Assembly (NCBI GenBank): GCA_046484245.1
Contig: JAWOBN010000053.1
Coordinates: 1-17,767, forward strand
From: a bacterium
GTDB lineage: Bacteria > Hydrothermota > 32-111
Length of the DNA: 17,767 bases
Direction of reading: 5' to 3'
Position numbers and translations under genes: made by a program. Shown here piece after piece: positions 1 through 8,867 of this stretch. Under the pieces are notes generated by a model. The model was not told the DNA's origin. It ran no database searches and saw only the letters and a program-made list of their open reading frames with translations. Positions within the stretch are counted from its first letter, which is position 1; every line of letters starts with the position of its first letter.

Positions 1-160
1 GGATAAGACAAAGGATGGGCTCTATACAAAGGATGCAATCAGTATATTCAATGATGATGAGGTGAATTGCCCGTATCTCAAATCGGAAATGCTCCTCAAT
101 GCGAAAAGAGAGAAGAACGGGTTCATACTGGTACCCAAGGTAATAGAGGAGGAAGAGTGA
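1..160 (+). CDS. gatC: Asp/Glu-tRNA amidotransferase subunit C, 3' portion (5' end outside window)
   Basis: Not in the ORF track. The frame from position 2 reads DKTKDGLY...[24 protein letters not shown], with TGA at 158-160. This matches the GatC C-terminal NA-x-x-(E)-x-x-G-F-x-x-VPKVI pattern. It overlaps the gatA GTG start (GTGA). Confidence 0.88.
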   Translation, partial: DKTKDGLYTKDAISIFNDDEVNCPYLKSEMLLNAKREKNGFILVPKVIEEEE

Positions 161-1545
161 ATATTGCCCAATTGCATGAGGAATTTCTCTGTGGGGAGAG
201 AACTCCATTGGAACTCCTGGATGAGATCTATGCCGGGATTGACAATGATGATATCAATGATTTTATAACACTTTCAAAGAATCTCGCCTATGAAGAGGCG
301 GAGATATCTGCTGTAAGGTATCAGAAGAAAAAACCGAAATCACTGCTGGACGGCATACCTGTCGGTATAAAGGATAATTTCGCAGTGAAGAATCTCAGAA
401 TGACATGCGGGTCAAAGATACTGGAAAATTTCATATCACCTTACAATGCAACTGTTGTTGAGAGGATAAGAAATGCAGGGGGCCTGATCATAGGCAAGAC
501 CAATATGGATGAATTTGCAATGGGTTCATCCACAGAGAATTCCTATTTCGGCACAACACTCAATCCGGTCAACAGGGACTATGTGCCGGGCGGTTCAAGC
601 GGGGGCAGTGCTGCTGCTGTTGCAGCAGGCCACTGCACAGTTGCCATTGGTTCTGATACAGGCGGGTCTGTCCGCCAGCCTGCTTCATTCTGCAATACTG
701 TGGGTTTCAAGCCGTCATACGGGACAGTGTCCAGGTTCGGCCTGACAGCATTCTCATCATCACTTGATACAGTGGGCATGCTCGCTGAAACTGTCAGTGA
801 TGCGGAGATACTCTTTGATTCAGTAAGGGGACCGGACAGATATGATTCAACATTGATTGAGAATATTGAGAAGCATGAGATATCCGAACCTGTTATAGGT
901 TATCTGGAGGATATGCAGGACCTTGACAGTGATTATGCGGCATTATACAGGGAACGCATTGATATGCTGAAAGAAAGGGGATTTACTGTAAAACCTGTGA
1001 ATATAGAATATTTTGAACATTCAATAGCAGTATATCAGATACTCTCAATGGGCGAGGCATCAAGCAATCTGGCAAGATACGACGGTATAAAATACGGGTA
1101 TCAGATAGACAGGGCGGAGTCGCTCTTTGATGTCTATTCCACTGTGCGCGGTGAGGGTTTCGGCAAAGAGGTCAAGAGAAGAATAATGACCGGCACTTAT
1201 TTCCTCAGTAATGATGAGGGGAAGTATTATCAGTCATCATGCAGGATAAGGAATCAGCTGGTGCAGCAGACAGCAGAATTGTTTTCGGATACGGATTTCC
1301 TCATTATACCCACAACACTCAACCCGCCGTTCAGGATAGGGGAAAGAGTGGACAATCCCCTTCAAATGCATCTCTCGGATTCACTGACAGCATTCTGCAA
1401 TCTCGCAAACCTGCCTTCTGTCAGCATTCCGGCAGGTGTGTGCAGGGACCTGCCTGTGGGCATGCAGGTTATTGGAGGCAGATACAGGGATCTGGAGGTT
1501 CTGGATTTTGCGGGGAAAACAGAAAAACTCTGGAGTCAGTCATGA
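157..1545 (+). CDS. gatA: Asp/Glu-tRNA amidotransferase subunit A (amidase signature)
   Basis: Motifs [57 protein letters not shown] and [11 protein letters not shown]. Start reassigned from 67 to GTG at 157, based on the SD GAGGAGG at 146-152 and the GTGA overlap with the gatC stop. Confidence 0.97.
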   Translation: MNIAQLHEEFLCGERTPLELLDEIYAGIDNDDINDFITLSKNLAYEEAEISAVRYQKKKPKSLLDGIPVGIKDNFAVKNLRMTCGSKILENFISPYNATVVERIRNAGGLIIGKTNMDEFAMGSSTENSYFGTTLNPVNRDYVPGGSSGGSAAAVAAGHCTVAIGSDTGGSVRQPASFCNTVGFKPSYGTVSRFGLTAFSSSLDTVGMLAETVSDAEILFDSVRGPDRYDSTLIENIEKHEISEPVIGYLEDMQDLDSDYAALYRERIDMLKERGFTVKPVNIEYFEHSIAVYQILSMGEASSNLARYDGIKYGYQIDRAESLFDVYSTVRGEGFGKEVKRRIMTGTYFLSNDEGKYYQSSCRIRNQLVQQTAELFSDTDFLIIPTTLNPPFRIGERVDNPLQMHLSDSLTAFCNLANLPSVSIPAGVCRDLPVGMQVIGGRYRDLEVLDFAGKTEKLWSQS

Positions 1546-2957
1546 ATCAGTATATTACGACAATAGGCATGGAGGTTCACCTCCAGCTCAATACAAGGTC
1601 CAAGCTCTTCTGTAATTGCTCAGCACAATTCGGTGATGATCCCAATACCAATATATGCCCCATATGCATGGGCATGCCGGGAACAATGCCGGTTATCAAC
1701 CGTAATGCTGTGAGGAAAGCAGTGAAAGCAGCACTTGCACTCGGATGCAGCATTAATATGAAATCAGGATTTGCCCGGAAGAATTATTTCTATCCCGATC
1801 TGCCCAAGGGTTATCAGATCACACAATTTAAATACCCCATTGCGGAGAATGGCAGTATCACTCTTGACAGCGGCAGGCGTATAAGGATAAGGCGCCTGCA
1901 CATAGAGGAGGACTCGGGCAAATTGATACATGATATTGACAGGGATACACTTGTGGATTTTAACAGAGCAGGTGTCGGTCTTATTGAGATTGTTACGGAA
2001 CCGGATATTAAAAGCAGTGCGGATGCTGTTGAATACCTTAAAAAACTGAGAAGAATAATCCGTTACTGCGGTGTATCGGATGCCAATATGGAAAAGGGGC
2101 AGATGCGCGCTGAACCCAATATATCCATAAGACAGAACCAGTCCGATGAACTGGGCACAAAGACGGAGATAAAGAATCTCAATTCATTCAAGGCAGTGAG
2201 TTTTGGTATTGAAGCAGAGGTCCGAAGACAGAGTGCAATGAAAAAATCAGGCAAGGATATTATCAGTGAGACACTTTTGTACAATGAAAAACAGCAATCT
2301 GTTCAGCCGATGAGAAAGAAGGAGACAGCAGGCGATTACCGTTACTTCCCCGAACCGGATCTTCCTTCACTGATTCTGACAGACCGTTTTGCAGAAGATA
2401 TCCGCAAGGGACTGCCGGAAATGCCTCAGGATAAGAAGGAGAGGCTCTCGCAGGCATATGATTTGAAGTATGATATTGCCGAAATACTTGTCAGTGACAT
2501 TCAGCTCGCTGATTTTTTTGAAGAGAGTATGAAGGGAATAAGCAATAAGAAGCGTTCAATTAATTTTTTCGTAAAGGAGATACCGGCAATACTCAATAAA
2601 GAAGGTATTGATATTATGCAGATAGGATTCAGCCCCCAGCAGTTCAACAGTCTTCTTCTTATGATTGAAGCAAAGAAGATAAACCTCAATGCAGCGGGCA
2701 CAGTACTGCGCCGGATGTATGATACAGGCAAAGAACCCCGTGTTATTGTAAGTGAGATGGGTCTGGAGCAGACATCAGACAGCAGTGAGATAGAAGACCT
2801 CATAGACACTGTAATTGAGAAGAACCCCGGTGAAGTCAAGAGATACAGAGATGGTGAAAGGAAACTGTTCGGATTTTTTGTCGGGCAGGTGATGAGGGAA
2901 AGCAGGGGCAAGGCTGACCCGCATATTGTAAATGAGATATTGAAGAAAAAACTATAA
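1542..2957 (+). CDS. gatB: Asp/Glu-tRNA amidotransferase subunit B
   Basis: Motifs IGMEVHLQL, YFYPDLPKGYQITQ, HIEEDSGK, DFNRAGVGLIEIVTEPD, EIKNLNSF, YRYFPEPDLP and a C-terminal Yqey-like GFFVGQVMRESRGKADP. The true start is ATG 1542 (ATGA overlap with the gatA stop), not 1239. Confidence 0.97.
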   Translation: MNQYITTIGMEVHLQLNTRSKLFCNCSAQFGDDPNTNICPICMGMPGTMPVINRNAVRKAVKAALALGCSINMKSGFARKNYFYPDLPKGYQITQFKYPIAENGSITLDSGRRIRIRRLHIEEDSGKLIHDIDRDTLVDFNRAGVGLIEIVTEPDIKSSADAVEYLKKLRRIIRYCGVSDANMEKGQMRAEPNISIRQNQSDELGTKTEIKNLNSFKAVSFGIEAEVRRQSAMKKSGKDIISETLLYNEKQQSVQPMRKKETAGDYRYFPEPDLPSLILTDRFAEDIRKGLPEMPQDKKERLSQAYDLKYDIAEILVSDIQLADFFEESMKGISNKKRSINFFVKEIPAILNKEGIDIMQIGFSPQQFNSLLLMIEAKKINLNAAGTVLRRMYDTGKEPRVIVSEMGLEQTSDSSEIEDLIDTVIEKNPGEVKRYRDGERKLFGFFVGQVMRESRGKADPHIVNEILKKKL

Positions 2958-2967
2958 GGAGGTTCAT

Positions 2968-4242
2968 ATGTCGCAGATAATAGATATTAAAGGAAGAGAG
3001 ATACTTGATTCAAGGGGCAATCCTACAGTTGAAGCAGAGGTCTATCTTGAATCAGGCATAGCAGGGAGATTTGCTGTCCCGTCAGGAGCATCAACAGGAG
3101 AGAGAGAGGCAATTGAACTGAGGGACAATGAACCTGCGAGATATTCGGGCAAAGGCGTGGAGAAAGCTGTTAAAAACATCAATGAGAAGATTCGCGGCGG
3201 ACTGGCCGGTCTTGAGAGTGATGATCAGAGAAATATAGATAATGTACTGAATGATCTGGATGGAACAGACAATAAATCAAAACTAGGTGCCAATGCCATT
3301 CTGGCTGTATCGGTTGCATCTGCAAGAGCCAGTGCCAATGAACTGGGTATGCCCCTCTACAGGTATATCGGAGGCATTACGCCTTACAAAATGCCTATAC
3401 CCATGAGCAATGTGATAAATGGCGGGGAGCATGCTGATAATAATCTGGACATACAGGAATTTATGATCATGCCTGTCAATGCTGTGTCAATCAAAGAGGC
3501 TGTCAGGATTAATGCTGAGGTGTTCCATGTATTGAAAAAACTGCTCAATGAGAAGAATCTTGCAACAGGTGTCGGTGACGAGGGCGGTTTTGCCCCTATG
3601 CTCTCCGGCAATGAAGAAGCGCTGGACCTTTTGATGAAAGCAGTGGAGAAAGCGGGACTGAAACCGGGAGAGGATATCTGGTTTGCAATTGATGCAGCTG
3701 CATCATCCTTTGCTTCAAAAGACGGTTATCTGTTTGAAGGCAGTACTGTTGACAGTGATTATCTCATTGATAAATACAGTGAATGGATTGACCAGTACCC
3801 CCTTCTGTCCATTGAGGATGGCCTCTCTGAGAATGACTGGGACGGATGGAAGAATATGAACAGTGCAATGGGGGACAGAATACAGATTGTCGGTGATGAT
3901 ATATTCGTGACAAATACTCAACTCCTCAAACGCGGTATTGAAGAAGATGCTGCAAATTCCATACTGATAAAACTCAATCAGATAGGGACATTGACGGAGA
4001 CAATTGAAGCAGTGGAATATGCCAGGGAGCATAATTGGACTACTGTTGTCTCCCACAGATCCGGAGAGACTGCAGACAGCACTATTGCCGATCTTGCCGT
4101 GGGGCTTAATACAGGGTTTATCAAGACAGGCTCCATGTCCAGAGGCGAGAGGACATCCAAATACAATCAGCTCATCAGGATAGAGGAGATGCTTTCTTCT
4201 TCATATTATCCGCAGATGGAGGCTTTCTACAATATAAAATGA
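2968..4242 (+). CDS. eno: Enolase (phosphopyruvate hydratase)
   Basis: Motifs REILDSRGNPTVE, VPSGASTG, NGGEHA, GDEGGFAP, VGDDIFVTN, ILIKLNQIGTLTET and SHRSGET. SD AGGAGG at 2957-2962. Confidence 0.98.
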   Translation: MSQIIDIKGREILDSRGNPTVEAEVYLESGIAGRFAVPSGASTGEREAIELRDNEPARYSGKGVEKAVKNINEKIRGGLAGLESDDQRNIDNVLNDLDGTDNKSKLGANAILAVSVASARASANELGMPLYRYIGGITPYKMPIPMSNVINGGEHADNNLDIQEFMIMPVNAVSIKEAVRINAEVFHVLKKLLNEKNLATGVGDEGGFAPMLSGNEEALDLLMKAVEKAGLKPGEDIWFAIDAAASSFASKDGYLFEGSTVDSDYLIDKYSEWIDQYPLLSIEDGLSENDWDGWKNMNSAMGDRIQIVGDDIFVTNTQLLKRGIEEDAANSILIKLNQIGTLTETIEAVEYAREHNWTTVVSHRSGETADSTIADLAVGLNTGFIKTGSMSRGERTSKYNQLIRIEEMLSSSYYPQMEAFYNIK

Positions 4243-4529
4243 AGAAGAAGATAGGTAAAACAGTGATGAATTACATACCTGCGGTTCTTGCAGTAATATT
4301 GCTGATTGTCATTGTGTTTACCCCGAGATACGGGCTTATCTCATTTGTGAAACTCCATATGAAGAAAAACAGATATGAAAAGGACCTGAGGGAGATAAAG
4401 GCGAGAATAATACTGATGCAGAATAAGCTCAATCGTCTGGAGACAGACAGGGAGTACATAGAGAGGATAGTAAGGGAGGAAACGGGAATGATAAAGAAAG
4501 GGGAAAAAATACTGAGGAAAGGAGATTGA
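4239..4529 (+). CDS. ftsB: Septum formation initiator, FtsB/DivIC family
   Basis: 96 aa with a basic N-terminus, one TM helix, a coiled coil and the ending YIERIVREETGMIKKGE, which fits the DivIC/FtsB E-x-x-(A)R-x-x-x-G-M-x-K-x-G-E pattern. The eno-ftsB order is widely conserved. ATGA overlap with eno. Confidence 0.85.
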   Translation: MKKKIGKTVMNYIPAVLAVILLIVIVFTPRYGLISFVKLHMKKNRYEKDLREIKARIILMQNKLNRLETDREYIERIVREETGMIKKGEKILRKGD

Positions 4530-4530
4530 G

Positions 4531-4836
4531 ATGGCTGTTATGGAGATAACTGTTATGCCCAAATCATCAGGCACTTCCGTCAGCAAATATATTGCCGAGA
4601 TAATCGGCATGCTGGAAACCGAGGGTATTGACTACCAACTGACGCCAATGTCCACAATTATTGAAGGGGAGTCCTCAGAGCTCCTCTCCACTGCATTGAT
4701 GATGCATGAAAAGGGCTTTCAGGAGGACATTGAACGGGTCTACACTATAATCAAGATTGATGACAGGAGAGACAGACAGTTCACTGCTGCAGGCAAGGTC
4801 AGGTCCGTAATGACAAAACTGGATAAAGATGAATGA
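4531..4836 (+). CDS. MTH1187/YkoF-like thiamine-binding family protein
   Basis: 101 aa with TSVSKYIA, YQLTPMSTIIEG, RVYTIIKIDDRRD and KVRSV, typical of the MTH1187 (DUF77) family. SD GGAG at about 4521. Confidence 0.85.
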   Translation: MAVMEITVMPKSSGTSVSKYIAEIIGMLETEGIDYQLTPMSTIIEGESSELLSTALMMHEKGFQEDIERVYTIIKIDDRRDRQFTAAGKVRSVMTKLDKDE

Positions 4837-5311
4837 GATAAAGAAATTATTCGGAAAATTCATCAAACACTGGCCTAACTATGTATTCCAGAGTCTGGCG
4901 GCAATGCTCATTGTAATGATCATAATGGTCATTATGGATATGTCGGAATTTGTCATTATATCATCAATAGGTGCAACCACATTCATTGTGTTTGCAATGC
5001 CCGGGTATCATGTCGCAAGACCCCGCAATATCATAGGCGGGCATATCACCGGGCTCTTTGCCGGCTATCTGTTTACTCTCCTGCCTATGACAGGGTTTTT
5101 CTGGGAAATTGTAATACTGGGAGGTGCAGTGGGCTTGTCCATATTCCTCATGGTGGTACTGGACACTGAACATCCTCCTGCTTCAGGCACTGCACTGGGT
5201 ATTGTACTGTACGGTTTTTCACTGAGAACTTGTCTTGCAATAATTGTATCAGCTGTGATTCTGTCACTGATGCATCAGCTGCTGGGCAATAATATAAGGG
5301 ATCTGACATAG
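4829..5311 (+). CDS. HPP family integral membrane protein
   Basis: Several hydrophobic helices with motifs SIGATTFIVFAMP, ARPRNIIGGH and EHPPASGTAL. Overlaps the upstream gene by 8 nt. Confidence 0.88.
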   Translation: MNEIKKLFGKFIKHWPNYVFQSLAAMLIVMIIMVIMDMSEFVIISSIGATTFIVFAMPGYHVARPRNIIGGHITGLFAGYLFTLLPMTGFFWEIVILGGAVGLSIFLMVVLDTEHPPASGTALGIVLYGFSLRTCLAIIVSAVILSLMHQLLGNNIRDLT

Positions 5312-5343
5312 GGGTAATTATCAAGAAGAGAGAATTAGAAGCA

Positions 5344-5976
5344 ATGCTCAAGATACTGAAGAAACAGTACAGAAGGTTTAAAATGCCCATAGTCACGAGG
5401 ATGATTGAAAGGGAGAAATCCCCCTATATGGTCCTTGTCTCAACCATGATATCACTCAGAACAAAGGATGATGTTACTGAGGAAGCAGCAGAAAGATTAT
5501 TTGAGAGAGCTGATAGTCCGGCTGATATGCTCAATCTCAGTAAGGAAGAGATAGAGGAACTGATATATCCGGCGGGATTTTACAGGAACAAGGCAAAGGC
5601 GATTCTCAAAACCTCTCGCATACTGATAAACAGATACAATGGTGAAGTGCCTGACAATATAGACGATCTGCTGGGACTGCCCGGTGTGGGGCGCAAGACG
5701 GCAAATCTGGTGCTTGCATTGAGTTTTGAGAAGGATGCAATATGCGTGGATACGCATGTGCACAGGATATCCAACCGTCTGGGTCTGGTTGATACGGATA
5801 ATCCCGAAGAGACGGAATATGCTCTGATGGACGTGCTGCCTAAAGAGTGGTGGCGCATATACAATGATATGCTTGTCACCTGGGGGCAGAATATCTGCAC
5901 TCCTGTAAGCCCGTTCTGTTCAAAGTGCAGTATTAAGAAGTACTGCCCGAAAATCGGGGTTGAAAAGAGCAGATGA
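5344..5976 (+). CDS. nth: Endonuclease III (HhH-GPD DNA glycosylase, 4Fe-4S)
   Basis: Motifs IYPAGFYRNKA, the HhH LLGLPGVGRKTANLVL with the catalytic Lys, VDTHVHRISNRLG, and the C-x6-C-x2-C-x5-C cluster (CTPVSPFCSKCSIKKYC). The exact start is uncertain (see findings). Confidence 0.93.
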   Translation: MLKILKKQYRRFKMPIVTRMIEREKSPYMVLVSTMISLRTKDDVTEEAAERLFERADSPADMLNLSKEEIEELIYPAGFYRNKAKAILKTSRILINRYNGEVPDNIDDLLGLPGVGRKTANLVLALSFEKDAICVDTHVHRISNRLGLVDTDNPEETEYALMDVLPKEWWRIYNDMLVTWGQNICTPVSPFCSKCSIKKYCPKIGVEKSR

Positions 5977-5978
5977 TA

Positions 5979-6007
5979 TTGTATGAAAGCATTTATTTCT
6001 GTATAAT
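5979..6007 (+). promoter_or_regulatory. Putative sigma70 promoter for the LiaF-like/lipoprotein/GNAT unit
   Basis: TTGTAT (5979-5984), a 17-nt spacer, then TATAAT (6002-6007), in an AT-rich intergenic gap. SD AAGGAGG follows at 6021-6027. Confidence 0.7.
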
Positions 6008-6030
6008 AATGATAATTAACAAGGAGGATT

Positions 6031-6588
6031 ATGAAAATGTTTAATGGAATTTTTTGGGGTGTAGTTCTTATCATATTCGGAATACTCTTTCTGATAAAGA
6101 ATTATGTCAATTTCCCCATACCTATCTTCAGAACACTGTTCGGCATTCTTCTGATTTACTGGGGCGTAAATATACTGTTCGGAGGTTTTGCGTCAGGCGG
6201 AAGCAATACTGCTGTATTCAGTGAATCCAATGTGACTGCAAAAGCCAATATCAGGGAATACAATGCAATATTCGGTTCAGTCAATGCTGACCTGACAGAT
6301 ATTGCAATGATGGACATACCGGGCAAGATTGAGGTTAATGCCATATTCGGGCAGAATGTTGTCACCCTTCCGGACAATGAGCATATCATTGTCAAATGCT
6401 CCGCTGCATTCGGACAGGTATCCACACCGGATAATTCCGTATCATTCCTCGGGGACACGCATTATACAATCAATCCGGGCAGTGACAGTAATCCCATCTA
6501 TATTGAAGCCAATGCAGTATTCGGAGAAGTTAAGATCAAGACAGTTCATATTGAAGAAGCGGAAACCGATACTGTATCGGAGGATTAA
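6031..6588 (+). CDS. LiaF/DUF2154-like membrane protein (N-terminal TM hairpin plus repeated beta-strand domain)
   Basis: N-terminal FWGVVLIIFGILFLI...LFGILLIYWG TM segments, then repeated N/S-A-x-F-G turns (NAIFG twice, SAAFG, NAVFG). Strong SD. Confidence 0.7.
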   Translation: MKMFNGIFWGVVLIIFGILFLIKNYVNFPIPIFRTLFGILLIYWGVNILFGGFASGGSNTAVFSESNVTAKANIREYNAIFGSVNADLTDIAMMDIPGKIEVNAIFGQNVVTLPDNEHIIVKCSAAFGQVSTPDNSVSFLGDTHYTINPGSDSNPIYIEANAVFGEVKIKTVHIEEAETDTVSED

Positions 6589-7667
6589 TGAAAAAGATCT
6601 TATTTATAATTGTCACTCTTATTCTTTTGTCATCATGCGGTCTGGCTCCCAATTACAGTGAAGATGATATAGTCCGCATAAACGGCAGAATACTCAATCC
6701 TGACGGATCTCCCTATTCGGAGAAAGAAATAGGGATGTGGATTATCTCTCTGGAGGGTCTGTCTTTAAACAATTACTGGTACGCAGATCCCGACGACTGG
6801 GAAATAACAGATGAAAATGGTGAATTTGAGTTTGCGAGAAAGGGCAGTGCCTTTATTACAGGAAATTCAACGAATTATATTGTGATTGCAAATCTTGATT
6901 CACTGGACGGACCCATAGTTTCAGTCGGATTCTATCCATATGATCTGGAGAATGAGATACCGGAATTGACATTATGGAGCGGAGATATCAGTTCAGAACA
7001 GGCAGGCGAGACAGTGCAGTTTTCCTGGACCAGCGGAACAGTTGATGATAATATGCCCGATTTCTACACACTGTCAGTGAGAAAGTTTTATTATGATTTA
7101 TGGCGCGATTCTGTTTCGGATAACAGTTGTTCTGCTGAAGCTTATGTGTTTCAGGGATTTGACAATGGATGGAGAGTAGAGGCAGTATTTGCTCATAAGG
7201 ATAAAAAACTGGATAAGTCTTATCATTATATCTCCGGTATTAAAAATGAGAGCTTTCAGTCAGATGCTCCCCAATTGCTTTCAGCAGGAAAGCCATGCTA
7301 TATTGAAGGCAGGGGTGACAGTGTTTTTACCAAGATAACCAATCAGATATTCCATGAATGGGAATGGCTGTTCAATGACATTATAAAATATTTCATTATT
7401 GATCTTGAGGATCAGTGTTCCATTGAAGCACTGGCTGTCTACGGAATGAATGGGTCCAATGATGACAAGGCGACAGGATTTGAGGTGTATGTATCCTCCG
7501 ATACTCTTGACTGGGGTAATGCTGCAGGATCAACAGTTCAGTCTGAAGGTTACTTTCTGATTGAGGATCTCAATGCTGTGGGCAGGTATGTCAAATTACA
7601 GATGAAAGAAGATTCAGATTATAATATTAATCTTGTCAAGGAGATTGCAGTTTTCGGCACTGAATAA
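6588..7667 (+). CDS. Lipoprotein with an N-terminal transthyretin/carboxypeptidase-regulatory-like beta domain and a C-terminal discoidin (F5/8 type C)-like domain
   Basis: Signal peptide and lipobox MKKILFIIVTLILLSS-C. INGRILNPDGSP...TDENGEFEF at the N-terminus. C-terminal FIIDLE...FEVYVSSD..DW...GRYVKL...EIAVFG fits the discoidin pattern. TAATG overlap with the upstream stop. Confidence 0.65.
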   Translation: MKKILFIIVTLILLSSCGLAPNYSEDDIVRINGRILNPDGSPYSEKEIGMWIISLEGLSLNNYWYADPDDWEITDENGEFEFARKGSAFITGNSTNYIVIANLDSLDGPIVSVGFYPYDLENEIPELTLWSGDISSEQAGETVQFSWTSGTVDDNMPDFYTLSVRKFYYDLWRDSVSDNSCSAEAYVFQGFDNGWRVEAVFAHKDKKLDKSYHYISGIKNESFQSDAPQLLSAGKPCYIEGRGDSVFTKITNQIFHEWEWLFNDIIKYFIIDLEDQCSIEALAVYGMNGSNDDKATGFEVYVSSDTLDWGNAAGSTVQSEGYFLIEDLNAVGRYVKLQMKEDSDYNINLVKEIAVFGTE

Positions 7668-8470
7668 TGAATGAAATAATGGAAATACGCAAAGTTATTG
7701 AGGAAGATTTCACTCACATAAGAGCAATCGCATCAAAGATGTGGGAAGGCAATGATTACCTTCCCGGTGTATTTGATGACTGGCTGGCAGACGGTGGATT
7801 CTACGCATTGACTGTTGACGACACTGTAGTAGGAGTGACGAAAATCACACATCTGCCCTGCAATGTGATATGGCTTGAAGGTCTCAGAATGGACCCTGAT
7901 TATCAGGGCAGGGGACTGGGCGACAAACTGGCGCAATTTGCATTTGAAAAAGCAGTGGGGCTTGTAAATGCAGGTAAGGCTCAGCATATAGAGTTTTCAA
8001 CCTACTGCAAGAATTATGCCTCCCTCCATATTGCAAAGAAGGCGGGATTTAAAGTCATTGAGAGATTCTTTATCCTCTCAGGAGAATTTGAAGGCAATAG
8101 AAATTATGAGGAAACAGTGCTGACAGACAATGATTTCCGTCAGTCAAACAGGCATATAACAGCAGGCTGGAAGATTGTTGCACGCTGCAGTGAATCCACC
8201 GAGTGGCTCAACATCAACTGCAATGTATATTCAGCCGGGGGCAGTAAATTCTACATAAGGAAGAATGATTCAGTAATAAATCTCACTGATTACAGCAAGG
8301 AAGGTCTTGTAGAATCAGTGGACAGAATCACCCGGAATCTCAATGGCCGGTATGATATAGTAATACCTGATTACAGGGAAGAATCAATAGATGATATCAA
8401 GGATCTGGGTTTTGAATTCTGGGAAAAACCGGATGGTCCCAATATGTTTCTTCTCAGATTAGTCAATTGA
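7667..8470 (+). CDS. GNAT family N-acetyltransferase (NAT16/HisAT-like)
   Basis: Acetyl-CoA-binding motif A LEGLRMDPDYQGRGLG and motif B NYASLHIAKKAGF, plus a C-terminal extension. TAATG overlap. Confidence 0.85.
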   Translation: MNEIMEIRKVIEEDFTHIRAIASKMWEGNDYLPGVFDDWLADGGFYALTVDDTVVGVTKITHLPCNVIWLEGLRMDPDYQGRGLGDKLAQFAFEKAVGLVNAGKAQHIEFSTYCKNYASLHIAKKAGFKVIERFFILSGEFEGNRNYEETVLTDNDFRQSNRHITAGWKIVARCSESTEWLNINCNVYSAGGSKFYIRKNDSVINLTDYSKEGLVESVDRITRNLNGRYDIVIPDYREESIDDIKDLGFEFWEKPDGPNMFLLRLVN

Positions 8471-8473
8471 CTG

Positions 8474-8501
8474 TTGACATTACAGATAAGTCATTTAGTA
8501 T
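8474..8501 (+). promoter_or_regulatory. Putative sigma70 promoter for the yajC-fmt-purF unit
   Basis: A perfect TTGACA (8474-8479), a 16-nt spacer, then TAGTAT (8496-8501). SD AGGAGG at 8519-8524. Confidence 0.65.
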
Positions 8502-8528
8502 AACACTTTTTAATAAACAGGAGGAAAG

Positions 8529-8867
8529 ATGTTAATAAGAACAATGTTGTTTCTACAGAATAATGGCGGTGAATCACCGGGCGGCAATCCGCTTATATCA
8601 TTTTTACCCATAATCATAATGTTTGTGGCTCTCTACCTGCTCTTTATTCTCCCCCAGCAGAGGGCAAGCAAGAAGCATAAGCAAATGCTTGAGGAACTGA
8701 GGAAGGGTGACAATGTCCTCACACAGGCGGGTATTCTCGGTACAGTGACATCCATCAAGGATGATATTGTGAATCTTGAAATAACACCCAAGGTAGAGAT
8801 AAAGATACTGAAATCATCCATTACAAAAAAGATAGAAGATACACAAGACCTCAAAGAGAATGGCTGA
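8529..8867 (+). CDS. yajC: Preprotein translocase subunit YajC
   Basis: A single TM helix followed by LFILPQQRASKKHKQMLEELRKGDNVLTQAGILGTV, the YajC signature. Confidence 0.93.
   Translation: MLIRTMLFLQNNGGESPGGNPLISFLPIIIMFVALYLLFILPQQRASKKHKQMLEELRKGDNVLTQAGILGTVTSIKDDIVNLEITPKVEIKILKSSITKKIEDTQDLKENG

Noticed and set aside
67..156. N-terminal extension of gatA in the ORF track
   Set aside because: It overlaps the gatC frame. The SD and GTGA overlap support GTG 157.
1239..1541. 101-codon N-terminal extension of gatB
   Set aside because: It lies within gatA in another frame. GatB homology starts at ATG 1542.
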